A stretch of DNA of 64,000 nucleotides from Naegleria gruberi (taxonomy: Eukaryota), in assembly GCA_000004985.1 (NCBI GenBank), contig GG738849.1; one strand, 5' to 3'. The stretch's first letter is position 1. Each line of letters opens with the position of its first letter. Shown piece after piece: positions 1 to 8,506 of this stretch. The position numbers were made by a program, and so were the translations under genes. The notes beneath the pieces were generated by a model that was not told where the DNA came from, searched no databases, and saw only the letters and a list, made by a program, of their open reading frames with translations.

Positions 1-264
1 TACCATCATGTATGGTCATTTCCCAATACTTATTATTATCCAAGTTACCCACCAACGAACAACACCTACGACACTATCTTGTTACAAAATAGAAACCACT
101 TCCTCTCCAACACGACTATTTTCAATTCCTTAATATCCTTTTCATCAACATTCTCTGTGAGGAAAGTCCACGCATATGGAACACCTCTCTTATTGGAAAG
201 TATTCAAAATGAAATTGAGTTAAATTTCATGAAGTATGAAGGTAACCCGATCGTGATTGTTTAG
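1..264 (+). CDS. Possible 3'-terminal coding fragment of a gene that starts upstream of the window. Its predicted tail is low-complexity and Y/P/T/N-rich (...YPSYPPTNNTY...EGNPIVIV*).
   Basis: Frame 1 is open from nt 1 to the TAG at 262-264 (88 codons with no stop). There is no recognisable domain. The six-frame track only shows the part from an internal Met (79..264). It could instead be UTR. Confidence 0.3.
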   Translation, partial: YHHVWSFPNTYYYPSYPPTNNTYDTILLQNRNHFLSNTTIFNSLISFSSTFSVRKVHAYGTPLLLESIQNEIELNFMKYEGNPIVIV

Positions 265-403
265 ATAGTGCTTCCTCCTCTAGTACCCTATCAAGTCACA
301 AATCAACATACAAATGTTGTAGTCTGTGGGATTCTCTTTTCAAAAAAAAGTAACAATCATTATCGTTGTCTAGTTGACTTGAATTGTTATTAGTTGATAC
401 AAA

Positions 404-2632
404 ATGTTTAGAAAGGGATTTCTGTTACTGCTAATTCTTTCACTGTTGGTGATAGCTGGTTTTTACACACAGTCAACTGTGGCGACTCTAGTTAACTCAA
501 ATACTTATCCAAGTGCAAATGTAATTTCTACGAGTGATGGGTTTAAAATGTATTGGAGATTATTGGCAGGAAATGGCACCAATTCCATTATTGAAATTGC
601 AATCATTGCTACTGGATGTGCCAGTGGATGGGTTGGTTTAGGAATAGATCACGACGTTTCGAGTGGTATGTCAAATGTTGATACAGTGATGGCAAGGTTT
701 GTACGAAATATTTCACATTATTTATAATTTGATGATGAAACTTTTATTATCCGTATGATGATGATGTTTAGATATACTGGATCAATTGATATCAAAGATA
801 TGTACTTGGCTACAAATTCACGATCAGCTCCTATTCAAGATACTATTGACAATTTGATTTTCAAAGATGGTGGAGTGAGTGGAAGTGATCTTCATGTGAT
901 TTTCAGAAGATACTTGAATACTGGAGATAGTTCAAGAGACAAAATTATTAGAAACGAAACTATGAGGTTCAGTTATGCCTACTCTTTATCTTCCAATGAT
1001 TTCCAATCATATCACGATAAGACTGGAAAGTTCACGACCAATTTGCTCTTGATTGCTACAAATTCATCAAGTGGAGGCACCACAACAGGCACTACAAATA
1101 ATCTCTATAATTTCCATCTGATTGTTACGGGAATCATGTTTGTGATTGTACTTTCATTGGGCATTGTCTTTACATTTATTCCAGTTTTGGTTAAACCAAA
1201 TCTACTGACAGATTTGATTTTATATAGAAGATTTTGCAAAGTTTCGACAAACAAATACTTGGGAGGAATGATTAATTCATTGGCTGACTTGACCATTGGA
1301 GAAGTTTTAATCGTGTCATCATATTGGCTCATTCTAGCTGCTTGGGCAGTTTATGGAGGTATTTCGGCAAGCTCATTCCCAGCTGGAAGAGCTTTTGCTT
1401 ATGTGAATGTTTGGAATTTTAGTTTGATACTATTCCCTTTGAGTAGATATTCAGTTTTACTTGCCCTGTTCGGTATTTCATTTGAGAGAGCTATCAAATT
1501 CCACAAATGGTTGGGAAGATCAACTCACTTCTTTGTTACTGTTCACTTCCTTGCCATGTTGATTGAAAATGCAATGATCAATAATGCTGCCTATTTGTGG
1601 TCAATGTCAACAATTAATTATCCTCTCTTGGGTTTTATTTCTTGGATTTTATTGAGTATTCTAGTGATGGGAACTTTTGAGCCAATTAGAAGAAAGTTGT
1701 GGGAACTTTTCTATGGTTCACATATTATTCTTGCTGTTCTAGTGATTGGATTATCCATTGCACACGGTAGAGGATGGATTACATTACTCCCTTATATGGC
1801 TGCAAGTATTCTCTTGTATTTGATTGATTTGCTATTCAGATGGGTATTTGGCTTTGGAATTCCAACAAAGGTTGTTGGTATTAGTTATAATGAGGATTGT
1901 AGTGTAACAACCGTTACTTTCCAGAAGAGATTTTTGACCTTCCTTAATATTGGAGGAAAACCTGGAAAGGGTTCATTTATTTTTGTTTATTTGCCTTCAG
2001 TTTCTCCTTTCGAATATCATCCATTTACTGTGAGTAGTTACAAGGAATTGGATAAGAAGGGAACCTATGAATTTACATGCCATGTCAAGAATCATCATGG
2101 TAAGGGTTATGGAAACAAGTTGGCCAATCTTGCCAAATCCAATCCAGATGTTAGTCGTCTATTTGCCAGAGTTGAGGGAGCATTTGGAAATCTCTCCATT
2201 CCTATTCAACATTATCAAACCGTCATCTTAATTAGTGGTGGTATTGGTATTACATTTGTTCATTCACTCCTCGATGGTCTAGTTCAGAGAGGAGAAGACA
2301 AGTCAAAGAAGATTCACTTGTGGTGGTCATTCAGACATCCCTCAATGTTGGATTTATTCCCAACGATTAAGAATAATTCATCTATCGAAAAGGAACTTTT
2401 CCTCACTGGAAAGGACACTGAGATGGGTTCTCATTCTCACAGTGACATTAAAATGTCAAGAATGGACGTTAAACAATTACTGGAAAAGGTGAAGAGTAAT
2501 ACCAATGATTCCTATGTTGGAGTATTCGTCTGTGGACCAACTCAATTAATTTCCACTGTACAAAATGCAATTTTCGATGTGAATGGTGGAGGTACTAGAT
2601 TCCATCTCCACAAGGAAGTATTTGAATTTTAA
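404..2632 (+). CDS. Secreted DOMON-domain ferric reductase / NADPH-oxidase-like transmembrane flavocytochrome. It has 2 exons (404..696 and 772..2632) and encodes about 717 aa.
   Basis: Exon 1 carries a signal peptide (MFRKGFLLLLILSLLVIAG) and DOMON-like motifs (FKMYWRL, GWVGLGI, GMSNVDTVMAR). The exon-1 ORF and the 625-aa ORF are in the same frame, separated by a stop. Removing a 75-nt intron (697..771, AAG|GTTTGT...TGTTTAG|A, length a multiple of 3) rebuilds an AGA codon and fuses them. The Met run MMMM at 755 is intron sequence. Exon 2 continues the DOMON domain and then has about 6 TM helices. There are two bis-heme His pairs 13 residues apart (FHKWLGRSTHFFVTVHF and GSHIILAVLVIGLSIAHG). 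The FAD motif HPFTVSS is at nt 2018-2038 and the NADPH motif ISGGIGITF is around nt 2231-2257. The C-terminal motif is FVCGPTQL. AATAAA overlaps the TAA stop at 2631-2636. Confidence 0.8.
697..771 (+). other. Intron of 75 nt with GTTTGT donor and TTTAG acceptor.
   Basis: This is the only GT...AG pair that keeps the two same-frame ORFs in frame and completes the DOMON domain. Confidence 0.7.
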
Positions 2633-2735
2633 TAAATTCATGAAATATTCTACTAAAACTCCCTCAATCAGAAATATATTAACAAACAGCCATTCAGAGC
2701 TATAGCTCTCTTCAATATTTTCCAACCTTAAAAAA

Positions 2736-3675
2736 ATGAAACTCTATGATCTACCAACGGAATTGTTGCAAGAAATTTTCAGTTTTCTCTTTAATTTGAG
2801 GGAGAGCAAGAAGACTCTCTATAATTCGCTTATTGAGGCAAGACAGTCGCTTCAACAAATTTGTCAAATGCAACAAGTTTGTACTACTTTTCGATCATCG
2901 GAGGAAATTATTGAATTATTTAATGATTTAATGTGGAGTTTATTCTGCAAGAGTTTTCCCTCTGCACTGATCGAAAATCTAGTCGAATTGTGTGGTGATG
3001 AATTTGAGGAGGAAATTCTAGAGCCAATTCGGAAGAAACATTTGATGAGGAAATACATTACTGGATTGATGAGAAAAATTGGAAAATTATCTTCATCAAG
3101 CGATAATTTAAAAGTATTATTTCTTGGTAAATATTAAATTATATAATATTTCAATTTTTATTAAAAATTTGGAAATTTATTTAGGAAATGGAAAGACAAC
3201 TTTATTGAAAAAGCTATCAGGTGGCAGATTTAAATCAATTGTAGGGTCCATTAAGAAAAAGATTAATCAAATTGGAAACGTTTCATTTGTATGCATGGAA
3301 CCAACTAATGAGACAACTTGTTTCCGTCTCATTTCCACCATGGAAAATAGATTTGATTGTTTTGTGATTGTAAATTATCCAGTGGATAATCGTGTGGGTA
3401 GTAATATAGTGCTACAATATCCTATGGATTTTAAAGATATTTCTGTATCAGTTGACTTTCCAATAGTTATTGTAATGAAGAATTGTTTTGTTTTGGGAGT
3501 GAGAAGTTTATTTTCTGATTTCAAGAATGTATCAATTATTGTAACTGAAGATGATGAAAGTGAGTTTTCAACAGGTAAAATTTTAGAGGAGGTTTATTTC
3601 AGAACATTCAAAACTAAACAGAATTTGCTGGATATTCTAATAGAGGAGGCAAAAAGTTTACAAAAATATGATTGA
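2736..3675 (+). CDS. F-box protein with a C-terminal degenerate Arf/Arl-like P-loop (pseudo-GTPase-like) domain. It has 2 exons (2736..3126 and 3185..3675) and encodes about 293 aa.
   Basis: The N-terminus has a canonical F-box (MKLYDLPTELLQEIFSFLF). The first ORF ends at ...KVLFLG|GTAAAT. A 58-nt intron (3127..3184, acceptor TTTATTTAG|G) joins it in phase 1 to the second ORF, rebuilding a GGA codon. The junction gives KVLFLGNGKTTLLKKL, an Arf/Arl/Sar-style G1 motif (GKTT[IL]LxKL). Downstream, NVSFVCMEPTNE aligns to the Arf ISFTVWDVGGQD region with DxGGQ lost. FDCFVIVNYPVDNR aligns to GLIFVVDSNDR. PIVIVMKNCF aligns to LLVFANKQD with NKxD degenerate. The stop is TGA at 3673-3675. Confidence 0.65.
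3127..3184 (+). other. Intron of 58 nt (GTAAAT...TTTAG).
   Basis: The two ORFs overlap in different frames (2736..3137 and 3124..3675). Only this splice restores one continuous frame and creates the P-loop. Confidence 0.6.
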
Positions 3676-3684
3676 AATTATTGC

Positions 3685-3800
3685 AAATTTCTCATCAATT
3701 TTCCAACAAAAATTCAACTCTCATTAAGAAAGCAGTTTATTGTGGGCCAATAATTGAGATAGGATTTGTGTAAAGTTGGGTCTATTGGATGGCTCTTGGT
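3685..3800 (-). pseudogene. Truncated duplicate of the 3' end of the TKL kinase gene (last ~25 codons plus ~40 nt of 3' UTR). It is a gene-fragment relic or short dispersed repeat.
   Basis: About 116 nt at 3685-3800 are ~94% identical to 8391-8506. On the - strand copy A reads ...YQEPSNRPNFTQILSQLLAHNKLLS* against ...WDQEPSNRPNFTQILSQLLTINELLS* in the intact gene. An in-frame TGA sits at the upstream edge of the homology, and no kinase sequence lies further upstream. Confidence 0.6.
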
Positions 3801-3997
3801 ATCATGATTACTTTCAACCAACAAGCTGCACAAGGCCCAGCAACATTCTAAAAAGGCTAGAGCAATTCAGTTTATTTAATATTCCAAAATTATTCGCTAA
3901 AAAATGAGTTTTAAACAAGCTTCTATTATTTAACTCAATTTTTCTAAAGTCTCCCATAATAACATTTCATACACAAATCAAAAGTATATAATAGAAT

Positions 3998-6900
3998 TTA
4001 GTAATTTCTATTTGCAATCATTTGTTTGAGAATTTCCTTCTTGCTCAAATTGGTCGTTGGCTTTAACCAAGACATGTTATCATAATTTTTCTTCAAAAAG
4101 CTTGACAAGACACTTCTACTTGGGAATAAATCTTTCAAATACATAATGGAAGCAATTTCGTATGGAGTAAGACCAAAGGCATTAATTGCATTAACATCAG
4201 CTCCATACTTTGTGACCAAAAGTTTGGCAAGTCCAATATTTGATGGATCCAAACAGGCAAGATGTAATGGAGTCATTAAACGGAGTGTTGGAATATTGAT
4301 AAGCTTTGGTTGTTTGTCGAGAACTGCTGTTATGATTTCTGTAGGTATACCAGTACGTTGGCTGGCCAAAATTGTGAGGCAAGTATATCCATTATCATCT
4401 CTGTACAAGAGATCTTCAGGTGACATATTTTCAATCAAGGTAAGGACGAATGGAACTGATCTCACCATGCTTGCCATCAATAAATTCAAAATGCTTGTCT
4501 CAATAATTCTTGGAGATTCAAATAACATAGCCTTTTGATCAAGTTCAAATGCTGGAACAGTTTGATTTAAATCAGAGATTTGACCATTGTAAATCATTTG
4601 AACGAGAGTAGCTTGTCTATTAAATTTGACTTCATCAGTAGAATCCAAAAAGTTGCAATAAGTTTTGGAGAAATCTTCTGAATATGGATCAGGGGTAGAT
4701 TTGGCGGATTGCATGTAAGTGATTCCTCCAAATACTTCTCTGAACTTTCCTAAACAAGTACACAAAGTTACAAGATTATCGATCAGTCTGATATCATCAT
4801 AGCTTGAAGTTAACATGGCAATAAGCTTGTCGGTAGTGATTTGAACCTTTTGCTTTTCATAATCAGGATGTGACTTTGGTTTAGTAAAGTATCTAAAGAA
4901 GACTTGCAAGGCTCTAACTTTTTGATCTGTAGAAAGCTCTTCTGTGCAGTTTGAGTCAGCTTCCACTTTCTTCAAGGTTTCTTCCAAATTATCAAGGCCT
5001 TGGAAATCTGAAATTTGAGACAGACTCTGTGCTAATAGTTCAATTGATCCATTTTCATAGAATAATTTGGCCATATAAAGATCTAAAAGGATGGTCTTGT
5101 CAAGATAGTATCCATTGATCTTACTACATTTACCAACCATGACTGAGAACATGAACTCTTCAAAGACGTGAGGATTCTTGAAGATATTCATACCAAAGTA
5201 TAACAAGACGTGACACCAGTGGAAGCTACCATCATAAATGATAGAATCTGGGTGGAGAAGGCTTTCTTCAGACTTGTTGTTATGATAGATGAGATATTCT
5301 TCAATAACTCTCTTTTCTTCTATGTGTTCGTAGTTGTAGGTATCTATAGCAGAATAAGGAATTTTGGATTTGATGCAATAATCAATAATTTCCTTCTTCT
5401 TAATGATGGATAATCCAGGGGATTGGGTCAATAATTGATTGATCAATGGTAGGAATTCTAATCTTTGTTCAGTCATTGCAGTTATTGGTCCTATCAAGTC
5501 CTTGTCAAGTTGGGCAACAAGAATGGCTCTGATAACCAATCTCTTTTCGTCTTCTCTATCGAGCATTGGACGAACAGTTAGAGCACCAGTAATATCGGCA
5601 GGGGTTTCTTGATTATCATCGTCATTATTTGTAAAGCCATCTTTTAAAGTATCTACTACCTTTTGAGGTTTACCTTCAAATAAGAAATAGAACTTGTCAT
5701 AAAACTTCTTCAAAACATCCTTGGCTGACTCAATATCAGCTGTTGTACTGGTATAAACGTTGGTCATCTGGGTATTGGAATCTGAATTTTCTCTTGTTTT
5801 TCCCAAAAAACTGATTTCCTTCATATTTGGGAAGAGTGTAGCAAGATATCCAATTTCAGTACCAAGAGAATATACATAATCACCATATGGGGCTAACTTG
5901 ACCTTTTTAACATTGTTAGCAAAGCAGGATCTGAGGAGATTCTTACTAACACTATCAAATTCTTGCAACTCTTCGAAATCGAAATATGATTTAATGGCCA
6001 AAGGATCCTTTGAAAGCCCATCAAGTTTTCCAGCATTAGGATAGAAGGATCTATCATTTGAGAAAACAAATGAAAGATTATCGAGTACAAAGTTAACAAA
6101 GGTAATCTCCTCAATATGACTACCACATACAGTACCTTTAACCAAGCTAGGATCAACAATCTTTGGAATTGTCTTACCATTCTCCAACAAGATATGTAAC
6201 AATATATTGTTCAAGAAGTTATAACTTTGGAAATTGATTAAGCTGATGGACTTGAATAACTTGTAAGTTTCCTCATGCCATTCACTGAACAGATCAGGAA
6301 GGGCTTTCCTAAGGGACAAACGAACCAAAGCGCAAAGATAAGTTTCGTATGTGTAAACAGGAGAGTATGCTAGAGTGTGAGGAGTCAAAATAAACTCGTG
6401 ATTCATTCTTGGAATACCCTCTGGGAAGTATTTTTTGTAAAGTTCAGATGGTTCCATATTGTCAAAGTTATCATTCAACAAATCCAACCCAATTTCTGTA
6501 GTGTCAACTGTTAATGGTAGTTTAGATTATGATAGCGACTTAAAATACTTACGTTCTAGAACTATATCGGCTCCTTTTGGACGTTTTTTGATCTTGTCCT
6601 TCTTGCTTGATTGGGTGACCAGACGTGAAAAGTTGGAAATCATATAATTATTATTCATAGTTTGTTGATTGAGTTCATCAACTAAATCTGCTTCAGTAGT
6701 TTCTTCATCTTGTGCTTCTTCATCTTGACTTTCTTTTTTGTCAACTTGAAGGAAAGTATCCTCTTCTACATCAACTTCAAGCGTTTCTTCTTTTTCTAAC
6801 TTTTCGTCAGTTTTAGCTTCCTTCTTGGTTTCTTCATCAACTTCAATATCTAAATCATCCACGTTATTGTTATAATAATTGAGTCTATAGGATGGAATAG

Positions 6901-8048
6901 AACCTCCAATGGTAAAAGTTCCAGTTTCGGTATCTGTTTTCAAAAGGAACATTTCACTCCAATTGGATTTCAAGCATCCATAAACCTTTGGGCAATTTTT
7001 GTAGATGCCTTCATCTTCAAAGTGATCCAACTTTTTGGAGTGGTACCTCTTTTTAGCATTGATAAAACAGAGCAAGTGAGCATATTTTGACAAGAAGAGG
7101 TCAATATTATTTTCTGGTTCAAATGCATTAGTTCTTGGTGAATAGAAACGAATGAAAATGGAAGCAATATTCAAAGAATCGCATTCATTCATTAAATATT
7201 CTTGCATTCTTGTGTTAAATGTCTTTGAAATTGCACGATACTTGTGATATGTTACAAATACTGAATCAATGGTTTCAGTACAAAAGTTATTTGGAGTATT
7301 GGAAAAATACTTTTTAAACTGGAATATGGTACTAGATTCTCTTTCGAATGGAAGTTTGCTAGATGTTGGAATCATGGTAATAATATGGAATTTCAACTCG
7401 AAATCAAAATGTTCTCTAATAAGTTCACATAATTCTTCCAATTTCTCAGATGACTCATCAGCGCTTTTTTCAACAATAGTTTTTTCTATTAATTCAATTA
7501 TTAATCATTGTAGTTCATAAAGAGATAACAAACCTTCACTCTTCTTTCTATCTGCATCAGTCCAGATCTTACTCAAAGGTGTCATTTTCTCACCTTCAGC
7601 AGCTTCAAAATCAACAGAGGATGAATAAACCTTCGGATCAAGATTCTACAACCATCATCAGTTGTGTGATATTAAATTTGATCAAAATTATTACAAAATC
7701 ACAAGGAAAAACAAACCTCAACTTTTGGAAATTTAGCCATTCCATTATTCCAATAGGCTTGGGCATAATTAGTATATTTTGATTTATCCTTGTGATATTG
7801 TGGAATTGTTTCTATATTATGATCATTTAATAATATTCATATATTAACAACATAATAACATGATCGGATGGAATGATAGGAATCACACATTAATATGTTC
7901 ATATATAATAATCTTCATTAGCAATCTAACAACACATTCAAAAAAACAAACCTTTGATCGGGGTTAAAATAGCCTCTCCCACACGATCATGAATCATCTC
8001 CAACAAATTACTAGCACTGGTAATATCCAACCCGAAAGGACCGTTCAT
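3998..8048 (-). CDS. Large protein of about 1250 aa with C-terminal ankyrin repeats and no recognised N-terminal domains, encoded in 5 exons. The exons in + coordinates are 3998..6507, 6553..7485, 7534..7645, 7717..7811 and 7952..8048.
   Basis: The 829-aa ORF (3998..6487) and 304-aa ORF (6527..7441) are in the same frame, split by a single TAA. A 45-nt intron (6508..6552, GAAC|GTAAGT...ATTAACAG|TT) removes the stop with matching phases (1+2). The C-terminus has ankyrin repeats (TPLHLACLDPSNIGLAKLLVTKYGADVNAINAFGLTPYEIA). Three further 5' introns, all with GTTTGT donors, are 7486..7533 (48 nt, acceptor AATAG), 7646..7716 (71 nt, acceptor TTGTAG) and 7812..7951 (140 nt, acceptor ATATAG). These link phase-compatible open exons back to an ATG at 8048-8046 (MNGPFGLDITSASNLLEMIHDRVGEAILTPIK...). 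The alternative start is the ATG at 7585 (MTPLSKIW...). The stop is TAA at 3998-4000. The 3' exons are well supported (0.75). The 5' exons come from splice-signal and phase inference only (0.45). Confidence 0.65.
6508..6552 (-). other. Intron of 45 nt (GTAAGT...AACAG) removing the in-frame TAA between the two large ORFs.
   Basis: It has a perfect GTAAGT donor, the reading frame is identical on both sides and the splice phases are compatible. A second in-frame acceptor 12 nt downstream (CTACAG) is also possible. Confidence 0.65.
7486..7533 (-). other. Intron of 48 nt (GTTTGT...AATTAATAG).
   Basis: It joins MTPLSKIWTDADRKKSE to EKTIVEKSADESSEKLEELCEL... with phase 1 on both sides. Confidence 0.5.
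7646..7716 (-). other. Intron of 71 nt (GTTTGT...TTGTAG).
   Basis: The acceptor lies exactly at the start of the open frame NLDPKVYSSS.... The upstream 95-nt exon is open in the matching phase. Confidence 0.45.
7812..7951 (-). other. Intron of 140 nt (GTTTGT...ATATAG).
   Basis: It joins the ATG exon (8048..7952, ending AAAG|GT) to the 7811..7717 exon, and phase 1 plus 2 completes a GAA codon. Confidence 0.4.
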
Positions 8049-8077
8049 TCTTCTCCCTCTTGATGATTTGGATTTTT

Positions 8078-8269
8078 TTATGTTTTGATTTTGTGAAGGA
8101 AATTGGCACCATGTTCGATCAATGTTCCATAAAACGCATTACAATGGGATGTTGTGACGTAATTATCATGATTATCTTGGTGTTTATTGGGAGTTTCATT
8201 TTCTTTTGAATTTTCTCTTGAGATAATCAAAATATTGTGCTCAACACTCAAAAAAAAGACATCTTTCAT
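8078..8269 (-). CDS. Small 63-aa ORF upstream of the ankyrin gene. It may be an upstream ORF or 5' leader, or it may not be a real gene.
   Basis: It runs ATG...TAA (MKDVFFLSVEHNILIISRENSKENETPNKHQDNHDNYVTTSHCNAFYGTLIEHGANFLHKIKT) and ends 30 nt before the 8048 ATG in another frame. It has no recognisable motifs. Confidence 0.15.
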   Translation of the reverse strand: MKDVFFLSVEHNILIISRENSKENETPNKHQDNHDNYVTTSHCNAFYGTLIEHGANFLHKIKT

Positions 8270-8390
8270 TATAAGAATTTCATCCTAAGGCTTATTGCCA
8301 TTGGATCAATGACATTAGTTATGAAGGATCCAAATATACAAGTGAATAAAGCAATTAACATCATTAGGGTATTGTATTGTAAATAAAATC

Positions 8391-8506
8391 AAATTTCTCA
8401 TCAATTTTCCAACAAAAATTCAACTCTCATTAAGACAGCAGTTCATTGATGGTCAATAATTGAGATAGGATTTGTGTAAAGTTGGGTCTATTGGATGGCT
8501 CTTGGT
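8391..8506 (-). repeat. Copy B of the ~116-nt duplicated segment. This is the genuine 3' end of the kinase CDS plus its 3' UTR, and the master copy of the fragment at 3685-3800.
   Basis: It aligns with 3685-3800 with about 6 mismatches. Weaker similarity extends about 15 nt further (8371-8390 against 3671-3684). Confidence 0.7.

Noticed and set aside
755-771. Run of four Met codons (MMMMFRY) that looks like a translation start for the 625-aa reductase ORF.
   Set aside because: These codons lie inside the 75-nt intron. An ORF starting there would have no signal peptide or N-terminal domain, while the upstream exon supplies both in frame after splicing.
6508-6519. Alternative acceptor CTACAG 12 nt downstream of the chosen AACAG acceptor for the 45-nt intron.
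   Set aside because: It is not rejected outright. Both acceptors keep the frame, and the upstream one was preferred for its better pyrimidine context. The choice changes the protein by only 4 residues.
1105-7520. Antisense or overlapping short ORFs from the six-frame track, for example 1105..1332-, 2864..3058-, 4146..4538+, 4197..4382-, 5210..5413+, 5893..6180-, 6970..7167-, 7269..7520+, 7579..7782+, 9410..9619+, 9543..9863+ and 9671..9922+.
   Set aside because: Each lies entirely within a much longer ORF with clear domains on the opposite strand or in another frame. They have low-complexity composition and no motifs, as expected for shadow ORFs in AT-rich coding DNA.
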